Shown piece by piece: positions 9,954-17,775 of a stretch of 64,000 nucleotides of DNA. Source of the DNA: an uncultured Candidatus Saccharibacteria bacterium (GTDB lineage: Bacteria; Patescibacteriota; Minisyncoccia; Minisyncoccales; Staskawiczbacteraceae). The stretch spans positions 2,093 through 66,092 of the forward strand of contig CAYNHB010000001.1 in NCBI GenBank assembly GCA_964397155.1, given 5' to 3'. The position numbers were made by a program, and so were the translations under genes. Position 1 is the stretch's first letter. Each line of letters begins with the position of its first letter. Under the pieces are notes generated by a model, which saw only the letters and a program-made list of their open reading frames with translations, made no database searches and was not told the DNA's origin.

Positions 9954-11921
9954 ATGGCTTTAAATATATATCTTGCTGACCTCGTATATAATACTATTAA
10001 AACAAATTATGTAGTGCCCTTAAATATAGGGTATGTTGCAGCTTTTCTAAAAGAAAAGTTTGGAGAAGATGTTAACATTAAGCTTTTTAAATACCCGGAT
10101 GTTCTTGAAAAAGCTCTAGTTGAAAACCCTCCTGATATTTTGGCTTTGAGCCATTACAGTTGGAATGAAAGGCTTGATTTCCTTTTTTTGGATATGGCCA
10201 AGCGCCTGAACCCCAAAATCTTAACAGCAATGGGCGGGCCGAACATCAGGACCGGCCCAGAAGACCTTAAAAAGTTTTTTACTAATCACCCAAACCTTGA
10301 TTACTGCGTAGTAAACGAAGGAGAGGAGTCTTTTGCCAGAATTGTAGATGAAATTCTGAAAGGATCTGCCAAACCGCATCCTATGGGTTCTGCTACTATT
10401 ATTAATGGAGAGTTTTTTTATACTCCCGAGCCCTTGGATGAAAGGGGTATGGAAATAAACCAGCCCAGCCCATATCTTACAGGATGGCTGGATGAATTTT
10501 TAGCTGACTCTAATATAATTCCCCTTTTAGAAACCAACAGAGGTTGTCCATTCCGTTGTGTTTATTGCGCTTGGGGAGCTATGCTTTCAAGAATGAGAAT
10601 AAGGCCTCTTGGCCAGGTTTTTAAAGAAATTGAATATATAGCTGAAAAATCAGCAGGTCAGCCTACTTGGATATTCTGCGACAGCAATTTCGGGATTTTT
10701 CCAAGAGATGTGGAAATTGCCAAAAAGGTGAGGGAAGTAATGGATAAAAAGGGATTTCCCATGAATGTAACTGTCTGGCAGTCAAAGAATACGCCAGAAA
10801 GAAACATAGAAATATCTGAACTTTTAGGAAAGAACAACAGAGGGTTAATTGCCATACAATCAGCAGACCCCAAGGTTCTTGAGAATATTGGCCGAGGAGC
10901 TATAAAAATGAGCAGTATAAAGCAACAAATTGATTATTATCATAAAAAGAACCTTGAAACAGTAACAGAAATGATGATAGGATTGCCTGGCGAGAGCGCC
11001 AAGAGCCAATATAATACTCTTATATCTGCTTTTGATATGGGATTTGATTTTATTGAACCATTTAACATCAGGCTTTTACAAGGCACAAGGTATGAAAGCG
11101 ATGAGTACCGCCAAAAATATGAAGTTAAAACTAAATACAGGCCTATTTTTGGAGCTTATGGCGTTTATGATAATAAAAAAGTATTTGAGATAGAAGAATC
11201 GGTCAGAGCCACAAAAGATATGTCAGAGAAAGAGTTAAACGACCTTAAAATTCACCACTGGCTTATTTTTTTCACTTGGAATACCGGTATATCCAAGCCC
11301 ATTTTAATGTTGGGCAAAAAACAAGGGATTAATCCTGAAATTGTTATAGACGAGCTTTCTCGAACTCAAAACCCTACGCTAAAAAATCTTTTTGACCGCA
11401 TAAAAGAAGAATCTATGAAAGAATGGTTTGAAACCAAAGAAGAAATGATTTCTTTTTATGAAAAGCCCGAGAATTTTGACAAGCTGGTTAATAATTTTAT
11501 GAAATTGAACTTTTTTTACATCGCGCTAGTGTATCAGAATCCAGAGATTCTTAAAGCTTTGCAAAAAGAGATGGAAATTATTGTAGCTGAAAAGCTTAAG
11601 CTGAAAAATATTTTTAGCCAAGTTGCTATGAATAGCGTAGTTGAGCTTTCAAACCTTTTAATCTGCAAAAATCTTTTAGAAGATGAGAAGCGGATAACCA
11701 TGAAATATCCAGGCGAGATTGCTTCAATTGTAACTAATGACTTAAAACTTGCCGGCAAAGACGTTGTTGAATTAGAGATTTACCGCCCTAAGGAATTTGT
11801 TTCTTTTTGCCAATTTCATTTAAACCCTGGTGGCAAGGAAAATTTATCTTTGAGAAACATTACCAAATTTTTAGAAGTAGGAGGCCTAAACATGCTTAAA
11901 AACAGGATAAGAGTGTTATGA
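9954..11921 (+). CDS. B12-binding radical SAM enzyme with C-terminal extension (tandem paralog 2)
   Basis: Cx3Cx2C motif NRGCPFRCVYCAWG. Begins 2 nt after the stop of paralog 1. Confidence 0.8.
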   Translation: MALNIYLADLVYNTIKTNYVVPLNIGYVAAFLKEKFGEDVNIKLFKYPDVLEKALVENPPDILALSHYSWNERLDFLFLDMAKRLNPKILTAMGGPNIRTGPEDLKKFFTNHPNLDYCVVNEGEESFARIVDEILKGSAKPHPMGSATIINGEFFYTPEPLDERGMEINQPSPYLTGWLDEFLADSNIIPLLETNRGCPFRCVYCAWGAMLSRMRIRPLGQVFKEIEYIAEKSAGQPTWIFCDSNFGIFPRDVEIAKKVREVMDKKGFPMNVTVWQSKNTPERNIEISELLGKNNRGLIAIQSADPKVLENIGRGAIKMSSIKQQIDYYHKKNLETVTEMMIGLPGESAKSQYNTLISAFDMGFDFIEPFNIRLLQGTRYESDEYRQKYEVKTKYRPIFGAYGVYDNKKVFEIEESVRATKDMSEKELNDLKIHHWLIFFTWNTGISKPILMLGKKQGINPEIVIDELSRTQNPTLKNLFDRIKEESMKEWFETKEEMISFYEKPENFDKLVNNFMKLNFFYIALVYQNPEILKALQKEMEIIVAEKLKLKNIFSQVAMNSVVELSNLLICKNLLEDEKRITMKYPGEIASIVTNDLKLAGKDVVELEIYRPKEFVSFCQFHLNPGGKENLSLRNITKFLEVGGLNMLKNRIRVL

Positions 11922-11933
11922 GGCCAAAAGCTA

Positions 11934-11970
11934 TTGACAGCTTTTTAAAAAAAAGATAAAGTGCATAAAT
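11934..11970 (+). promoter_or_regulatory. Candidate promoter for the riboswitch-led operon
   Basis: Perfect TTGACA at 11934-11939 and an extended -10-like TGcATAAAT at 11962-11970. The spacing to the TTGACA is not ideal, so one of the two elements may act alone. Confidence 0.3.
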
Positions 11971-11971
11971 A

Positions 11972-12136
11972 AATGGGAAACACCGGTGATTCCGCTTTGG
12001 CGGAAAATTCCGGGGCTGTGCCGCAACTGTAAAGCCAGAACACCATTATCATTAAAATCCCTTCGAGCAAAGGGCAATATGAACCGCGTTTTTGCGAATC
12101 TATTGTCTCCCACTTGAAGGTGGGATTTGTGTTTTT
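11972..12136 (+). promoter_or_regulatory. Cobalamin (B12) riboswitch with terminator / SD-sequestering expression platform
   Basis: GGGAAAcaccGGTGatTCC...GCTGTGCCGCAACTGTAAAGCC matches the conserved cobalamin-riboswitch core (GGGAA, GGTGnnTCC, GCnGnnCCGCAnCTGTAA). At the 3' end the hairpin tcccac-ttgaag-gtggga (12108-12125) encloses the AGGTGG Shine-Dalgarno and is followed by tttgtgttttt. Confidence 0.7.
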
Positions 12137-13925
12137 AAATAAGAAAATTATTTTGTCTGTCCTGCTTTTGGCAGGAATAATAGGCACCATAAAGGTAATA
12201 GGCGCTGAAAATCAGAAAGCAGTAGATTATATATCAGCAAAGCCACAAAACGCCTGGATAACCATGGCTTTGGCTTCAGCCGGACAAGGCAATATACCTT
12301 CAGAGCATCTCAAAAATATTACCGGCAACAACACTAATGATTACAGCTCTGCTATTTTAGCCATTACTGCCATGAATGAAGACCCAAGAACTTTTGGAGG
12401 AAGCGATTATGTGGCAAAGTTGGAAAGCTTTTGGGATGGCTCGCAGTTAGGCGACTCAAGCTTATTAAATGATGATATCTTCGGGCTTCTGGCTCTAATT
12501 TCAGCTGGAGAACCTTCTTTAAATCCTATTGTTGAGGGAGCAAAAAATTATATTATTTCTGAACAGAACCCAGATGGGGGCTGGGGGTGGTCTCCGTCGG
12601 CTGAATCTGACTCTAATATGACATCAGCCTCAATTATGGCTCTAATTTCAGCTGGCGTTTCTGCTTTTGACCCTGTAATTGAAAAAGCTTCTGATTTTTT
12701 GAAAACAATGCAAAATGATGACGGCGGTTTTAAATATGATTCTTCAGAATGGAGCTTAGTTTCAGATTCTGCTTCTGACTCTTGGGCGATTTCAGCTATT
12801 TATGCAATGGGGCAGAATCCATCTGAGTGGGTTAAAGAAGCTTCAAATCCTTTGAATCATTTGGAATCTTTGCAAGATGAAGCCGGATTTTTTCATCATC
12901 AGTTAGGAGATCAAGAAACTTCTTTTACCCCCACAGAAACAGCTTATGCAATAATTGCTTTAGAAGGGAAATTTTTCCCCTTGAACATTGTTCAGCCAAC
13001 AGAGGTTTTTTCATTTCGCATTGAAGGAAGCAGCGAAGTTATCTGCCAAGGGAGTGTGGCTGGCCCTACTGCCATGGATGTTGTGAAAAATGCAGCAGTT
13101 ATTTGCGATTTTGATTATGATATTGAAGAAACTCAATTCGGGCCATATCTTACTGCTATAGGGAGCGATGCGGCTTCAGGCAGCGCAGGATGGCTTTATT
13201 TGGTGGATTTTGTGTCTCCTCCTGTTGGGGCTGCAGATTATAACTTAAGTCAGGGAGATGAAGTGCTGTGGTATTTTGGGGAGTTTGGCTTAAAGCCGAT
13301 TAAGCTCGAAATGAATAATGACGGCTCAACAGCATTATTGCACGTCAGTTTTTTTGACAATTCATCTTGGCAGGATTTATCGGGAGCTGCAATTTATGTC
13401 GGGGGTTCTGATTTTATTACAGATTCTTCAGGAGAGGCTTCTGTTAGTATTGCTTCTTTAGTAGATGGCTTGTATCAAATATTTGCAGAAAAGCAAGAGT
13501 ATATAAGAAGCAATAAAATTATCCTTACGGTAGGCGAGGCGCCAAGCGGCCATCAGGTTGGATTAAGCGTTAATATTGCCCGAACCCAGCCTCTGCCAAA
13601 AGACGACCAAAACAGCATAGCTTTTTCAGTTAACCCGTCTGATGTAAACTTTGGCGAGATGAAAGCCGGCAGTTCAAAAAGCAAAGTTTTGAGCTTGTCA
13701 AATGATGGTTCTCAAAATATCAATGTTAATGCCCAAGTGGCCGGAGCTGATGTTTTTAGATCGAACATTTCAATCAATGGAAATATTTGGAATGATTTTT
13801 CTGCCTTTGTTTTGAAAAACGATTCTTTAGACATACAGCTTGGGCTTTCTGTTCCGGATGATTACTCCGGGGCATTTGGTCAGCAGGAAGGAGGGCTGAC
13901 ATTCTGGGCCACAACACAACAATGA
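12114..13925 (+). CDS. Secreted transcobalamin-like B12-binding protein: signal peptide, alpha/alpha-toroid repeats, DUF4430 beta-domain, two Ig-like domains
   Basis: Signal peptide (LNKKIILSVLLLAGIIGTIKVIGA). Repeated DGGWGW / QNDDGGF motifs of the prenyltransferase/squalene-oxidase alpha/alpha-toroid repeat. The mid-protein segment GWLYLVDFVSPPVGAADYNLSQGDEVLWYFGEF fits the DUF4430 signature. The start codon is ambiguous (TTG 12114 or GTG 12129) because it lies inside the riboswitch expression platform. Confidence 0.6.
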   Translation: MKVGFVFLNKKIILSVLLLAGIIGTIKVIGAENQKAVDYISAKPQNAWITMALASAGQGNIPSEHLKNITGNNTNDYSSAILAITAMNEDPRTFGGSDYVAKLESFWDGSQLGDSSLLNDDIFGLLALISAGEPSLNPIVEGAKNYIISEQNPDGGWGWSPSAESDSNMTSASIMALISAGVSAFDPVIEKASDFLKTMQNDDGGFKYDSSEWSLVSDSASDSWAISAIYAMGQNPSEWVKEASNPLNHLESLQDEAGFFHHQLGDQETSFTPTETAYAIIALEGKFFPLNIVQPTEVFSFRIEGSSEVICQGSVAGPTAMDVVKNAAVICDFDYDIEETQFGPYLTAIGSDAASGSAGWLYLVDFVSPPVGAADYNLSQGDEVLWYFGEFGLKPIKLEMNNDGSTALLHVSFFDNSSWQDLSGAAIYVGGSDFITDSSGEASVSIASLVDGLYQIFAEKQEYIRSNKIILTVGEAPSGHQVGLSVNIARTQPLPKDDQNSIAFSVNPSDVNFGEMKAGSSKSKVLSLSNDGSQNINVNAQVAGADVFRSNISINGNIWNDFSAFVLKNDSLDIQLGLSVPDDYSGAFGQQEGGLTFWATTQQ

Positions 13926-14461
13926 GGTTAAAACATAAAATTATTTTATTATTTTTGGGGCTTTTTTTGGCAGCAACTGTTGACGCCTCTGCTCTAAAAG
14001 TTACGCCTTCTTCTTTGGATTTTGATTTTGCTATTGGAAAAACAGAAGAAAAAATTGTAACAGTGGAAAATCCTTCAAGCAATGTAGCGCTTTTTGAAGC
14101 TTATCCAGATGATTTTCTTGATGAGATAAAGGTTGATCCTGCAAGTTTTACCTTAAATCCGGGAGAAAAAATGGTGGTATCTGTTCTGGCTGATTTTAAG
14201 GAAGAGGGAGTTTATGTTACAGCTCTTTCTGTGGTTTCAAAGCCATTGTCTCAAAGAGAGTTTAGCGCCAACGCAGGAGTAAAAATTCCTATGGAAATTA
14301 AAGTTGCAGAAAAAAAATCTGATTTTTGGTTGGCTTCTTTATCAGAAAGTTTTGGAAAACTATTTGAAAATCAGCGCGATTTAGTTTATATTTTAAGTAT
14401 AATAACCCTTTTAGTTTTATTGTTGCTTTTAATAAGAAGGAATAAAACTGCAAAAATATGA
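13922..14461 (+). CDS. Surface Ig-fold protein with signal peptide and C-terminal TM anchor
   Basis: N-terminal signal peptide (ILLFLGLFLAATVDASA), a beta-rich Ig-like core, and a C-terminal hydrophobic helix followed by RRNK. Its start overlaps the upstream stop. Confidence 0.5.
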   Translation: MRLKHKIILLFLGLFLAATVDASALKVTPSSLDFDFAIGKTEEKIVTVENPSSNVALFEAYPDDFLDEIKVDPASFTLNPGEKMVVSVLADFKEEGVYVTALSVVSKPLSQREFSANAGVKIPMEIKVAEKKSDFWLASLSESFGKLFENQRDLVYILSIITLLVLLLLLIRRNKTAKI

Positions 14462-14886
14462 CAAAAAATACTTATATTATTATAATCGGGCTGATAGTTA
14501 TTGTTATTTTTGGAAGCTGGCTGGCTTTGTCTAATAATAATTCTGATACTGATAATGTTGTTTTAGAAACAGCAGAGAAACAGGCAACATTAGCCATTGA
14601 TTATGGAGACAGGGAGCCGGAAATTTTTCAGATTGATTTCGCCGAAGGCACAACAGTTTTTGACGCCCTGAAAAACAAAGCAGAAGAGCTGGGTCTGAAT
14701 TTAAAAACCAAAACTTACGAAGGCATGGGTGTCTTTATTGAAGCAATTGGAGATAAAGAAAATGGACAGGATGGAAAATATTGGCTATACTATGTTAACG
14801 GGGAAATGCCCATGGAATCTGCCGACAAAATGATTATAGAGCTTGGAGACAAAATTGAATTTAAATTTGAAAAGTCATCTTTTTAA
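14458..14886 (+). CDS. DUF4430 domain protein (homolog of the transcobalamin/intrinsic-factor beta-domain), membrane-anchored
   Basis: N-terminal TM anchor, then TVFDALKNKAEELGL...GKYWLYYVNGEMPMESADKMIIELGDKIEFKF, which matches the DUF4430 consensus (W.Y.VNG...GA....L.DGD.I.F.Y). Confidence 0.7.
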   Translation: MTKNTYIIIIGLIVIVIFGSWLALSNNNSDTDNVVLETAEKQATLAIDYGDREPEIFQIDFAEGTTVFDALKNKAEELGLNLKTKTYEGMGVFIEAIGDKENGQDGKYWLYYVNGEMPMESADKMIIELGDKIEFKFEKSSF

Positions 14887-14910
14887 TATTAAATAATAAA
14901 AAATAAATTT

Positions 14911-15474
14911 ATGGAAATTTCTAAAAAAGGAAAAATTGTAAGCATTATTGTTGTTTTGTTTATTGTTTTAGCCGGAATCAGTTTAAGGCTTATTCCTCAT
15001 GCTCCTAATTTTACGCCAATAGCTGCTATTGCTTTGTTTAGCGGAGTTTATTTTTCTAAAAGAATAGCCCTTATTCTGCCGATTGGAGCTATGGCAATTT
15101 CAGATATATTCATTGGTTTTTATGAGCCAAAGCTAATGATTGCTGTCTACGCAAGTTTTCTTTTATTTACTATTATAGGTTTTTGGCTGAAAAAACATAA
15201 GAGCTGGTATTTGATAGGTGGGAGCGCAATTCTATCTGCTGTTTTATTTTTTCTTATTACTAATTTTGCTGTTTTTGCTTTTTCTCCATGGTATGCCAAA
15301 ACTTTTTCAGGTTTGATTCAATGCTATGTGCTGGCCCTGCCATTTTTCAAAAATACCCTGCTGGGAAATCTGTTCTACACAGGTGTATTTTTTGGAGCAT
15401 ATGAATTATCAAGGGTTTGGATAAAAAGCAAGTTTGGGGTGAAATCAAAAACCCTTGCTTCAGCTAAAATCTAA
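14911..15474 (+). CDS. Small polytopic membrane protein (5-6 TM), candidate ECF-type S-component or B12 permease
   Basis: 187 aa with 5-6 hydrophobic helices, last gene of the riboswitch-led operon. Function is inferred from size, topology and context only. Confidence 0.4.
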   Translation: MEISKKGKIVSIIVVLFIVLAGISLRLIPHAPNFTPIAAIALFSGVYFSKRIALILPIGAMAISDIFIGFYEPKLMIAVYASFLLFTIIGFWLKKHKSWYLIGGSAILSAVLFFLITNFAVFAFSPWYAKTFSGLIQCYVLALPFFKNTLLGNLFYTGVFFGAYELSRVWIKSKFGVKSKTLASAKI

Positions 15475-15504
15475 ATAATCGAACCCCGTCTTAATCTTAA
15501 AAAT

Positions 15505-15536
15505 AAACCGCTCACACGCCCGTGTGAGCGGTTTGG
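15505..15536 (+). terminator. Rho-independent terminator of the B12-capture operon
   Basis: ccgctcacac-gcccg-tgtgagcgg followed by tttgg, 30 nt after the stop of 14911..15474. A second small hairpin, cccctt-cttga-ggggtt, lies at 15585-15602. Confidence 0.75.
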
Positions 15537-15620
15537 CTTTGCAAAGCTTGGCTTTGCAATGTTTTGATACCCCCTGACCCCCCTTGACACCCCTTCTTGA
15601 GGGGTTTAATATGGAAAAAT

Positions 15621-15869
15621 ATGATAAACGAGATTAAACCCAACCAAATTTATACCCCAAAAGAGGCGCGGGATTTTTTGAAGATTTCTGAAAGCACAAT
15701 GAAAAGAATGATAAAAAGCGGGATAATAGAGGCCTATAAGGTTTCGGGCCAGTACAGAATTTGGGGGGCTGAAATATTAAAGCTGCTTTCTCCTGAATTG
15801 GGTTCTGGAATATACAGAGTTTATAAAAATATCAGGGAAAAAACAAAGGAAACTATCAAAAAATGGTAG
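15621..15869 (+). CDS. Excisionase/MerR-type helix-turn-helix DNA-binding protein
   Basis: TPKEARDFLKISESTMKRMIKSGIIEAYKVSGQYRI fits the excisionase-family HTH (HTH_17-like). ATG 15621 is preferred over the listed upstream TTG. Confidence 0.5.
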   Translation: MINEIKPNQIYTPKEARDFLKISESTMKRMIKSGIIEAYKVSGQYRIWGAEILKLLSPELGSGIYRVYKNIREKTKETIKKW

Positions 15870-15916
15870 TTTTTTACGTATTAATATAAGTTAAAATATT
15901 ATTAACATTTCTTAAT

Positions 15917-17236
15917 ATGAAGACAAAAAGCACAGACGAAGTAAAAGAGTTATATAAATATTGGAGCAAAAGAATCTTTTGGAGCGTTTGGATAACTTAT
16001 GCCTGCTTTTATTTAGTAAGAGTGAATATGTCTATTGCCCTTCCTGGAATTATGTAGGAATTTGGGTTGTCAAAAACAGCAATGGGCGGTGTTTTGTCTG
16101 CCATGTTTTTTGCTTATGCTGTTGGGCAGTTTATCAATGGCCAGCTTGGCGACAAATTTGGAGGAAGAAAGCTGATAAGCATTGGTTTGATAGTTTCTGC
16201 AATTATTAACCTTGTGTTTGGTTTTACCCATGGAATTATTTCTGCAATGATGCTTTTGTGGGGTTTGAATGGATATTTCCAGAGCATGGGATGGAGCCCG
16301 AGCGTTAAAACAGTCGCAAACTGGTTTTCGCCAAGCAAAAGATCAAAATTCAGCAGCTTGCTAGGGACCTCATATCAAATAGGAAATGCTATATCATGGG
16401 CCCTTTCCGGGTTTATTGTGGGGCTGTTCGGATGGAGGTTTGCATTTATAATTCCTGGGGCAATATGTCTTTTTGTCGGCCTTCACTGGGCAATTCGCGG
16501 CAGAAACGCGCCCGAAGAAGTTGGACTGCCGACTGTGGAGGAAGAAGAAAAGGGAAAACTTGATGAAAAAGCAACAAGCATTGAAGTTAAAATTGAAGTC
16601 AAAACAGACCATCACATAGGATTTAAAGAAACTTTGAAAATGTGCCTTTTCAACAGAGGCGTTTGGATAGTTGCTCTTGGATTATTTTTTTTAAATGTTG
16701 TAAGATATGGATTTTTGGACTGGGCGCCAACTTATATGTTTGAAGTTCAGGGAGCAGCTATATCACTCGCAGCTTACAAGGCAATGGTTATGCCTATCGC
16801 GGGCTCGTTAGGAGCTTTATTTGCCGGCTGGGCATCTTATAAATATTTTAGAAACAGGAAAGCTCCGGTTTCAGCTGTGATGCTGTTTCTGCTTGGAATT
16901 TCTGCATGGCTTTATATGCAAATACCCGCAGGAGACTGGATGTTAAGCTTAATTTGTTTAATGTTTATCGGGTTCATGACATACGGGCCCCACGTAATGA
17001 TGGTAACATCAATGCCAATGGATTTTGGAACCAGAAAGGCGGCCGCTTCTGCAGCTGGATTTATAGATGGATGGGGTTATGTTGGAGCAGCATTAACTGG
17101 AGTTGCAAGCGGCTGGTTAATTGATGCGTTCAGCTGGGATGCTGCGTTTTATTTCTGGATATTATGCGCGTTTATAGCAGGAATTCTGATGTTGACTCTT
17201 TGGAAATACAAACCTAAAAAAGGAGAATATTGCTAA
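15917..17236 (+). pseudogene. GlpT/UhpC-family MFS organophosphate:phosphate antiporter interrupted by an in-frame TAG at 16055-16057
   Basis: ATG 15917 encodes MKTKSTDEVKELYKYWSKRIFWSVWITYACFYLVRVNMSIALPGIM, a GlpT-like TM1. An in-frame TAG follows. The same frame then continues EFGLSKTAMGGVLSAMFFAYAVGQFINGQLGDKFGGRK (MFS TM2 and the G-x-L-x-D-K-x-G-R-K loop) to TAA at 17236. Either a nonsense mutation, a sequencing error or read-through. Confidence 0.55.
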
Positions 17237-17264
17237 AAAAGAAAATTATTAAAAGATTTTTACT

Positions 17265-17732
17265 ATGAAAATAGTTTATGCGTATGTCGTAGCTGACTTG
17301 CTTCATGTGGGGCATGTTTTAGCATTAGAAAACGCTAAAAAATTAGCCGGGCCGGACAGCAAATTAATTGTTGGCGTTTTGACAGATGAAGCGACAATGC
17401 AAAAAAAATCAAAGCCAATTTTGTCTTTCAGCGAAAGAAGAAAATTAATTGAGTCCCTAAAGTGCGTTGATTGTGTCGTTGCCCAAAAACAATATAGCCC
17501 CAACCATAACATCCAAATTATAAAACCGGACATACTTATGGAAAGCGATAGCCACACAGATGAAGATTTAAAGGAAACCCAAAGGATTGCAGATGCTATA
17601 GGATGTAAGATTCAGATGATGCCTTATTTTTCCGATCAAAGTTCAACCAAAATTAAGAATAGTATTTCTGTAAATTGGGAGGATCCAAATCAGATTAAGA
17701 AAACTGAAAATGACGGACTATGGCATGAGTAA
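17265..17732 (+). CDS. tagD: Glycerol-3-phosphate cytidylyltransferase
   Basis: YVVADLLHVGHVLALENAKKLAG...LIVGVLTDEA matches the TagD/GCT HxGH motif and N-terminal fold. Confidence 0.8.
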   Translation: MKIVYAYVVADLLHVGHVLALENAKKLAGPDSKLIVGVLTDEATMQKKSKPILSFSERRKLIESLKCVDCVVAQKQYSPNHNIQIIKPDILMESDSHTDEDLKETQRIADAIGCKIQMMPYFSDQSSTKIKNSISVNWEDPNQIKKTENDGLWHE

Positions 17733-17775
17733 AGTAAGTTGCTTTTTAAAAAGAGAATGCCGTTAAATTAATAGG

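Noticed and set aside
8683-10873. Minus-strand ORFs 8683..8943 and 10658..10873 with similar translations
   Set aside because: Both are antisense shadows of the two paralogous radical SAM genes. Their similarity simply mirrors the duplication of the sense genes.
11931-12190. Minus-strand ORFs 11931..12113 and 11945..12190
   Set aside because: They overlap the cobalamin riboswitch and the start of the downstream gene on the opposite strand, have no motif support, and the region is better explained as a structured leader RNA.
15531-15566. Short direct repeat ggctttgcaa(ag/tg) x2 and adjacent hairpins, considered as a CRISPR-like or att-like element
   Set aside because: There are only two 10-bp copies with no spacer periodicity and no cas genes. 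It is most simply part of the terminator and intergenic region.
15597-15916. Excisionase-type HTH gene as a marker of an integrated mobile element
   Set aside because: No integrase, transposase, terminal inverted repeats or target-site duplication was identifiable nearby. It is kept as a plain HTH regulator.
16055-16057. Possibility that TAG is a sense codon (alternative genetic code)
   Set aside because: TAG, TAA and TGA all terminate well-supported genes elsewhere in the window (for example TGA at 6358-6360, and TAG ending other ORFs). A single internal TAG is more likely a mutation or error than a recoded genome.
15961-16209. ORF 15961..16209 (+) in a different frame from the MFS transporter
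   Set aside because: Its Cys/Trp-rich translation has no TM pattern. The GlpT-like frame starting at 15917 explains the region apart from the single TAG.
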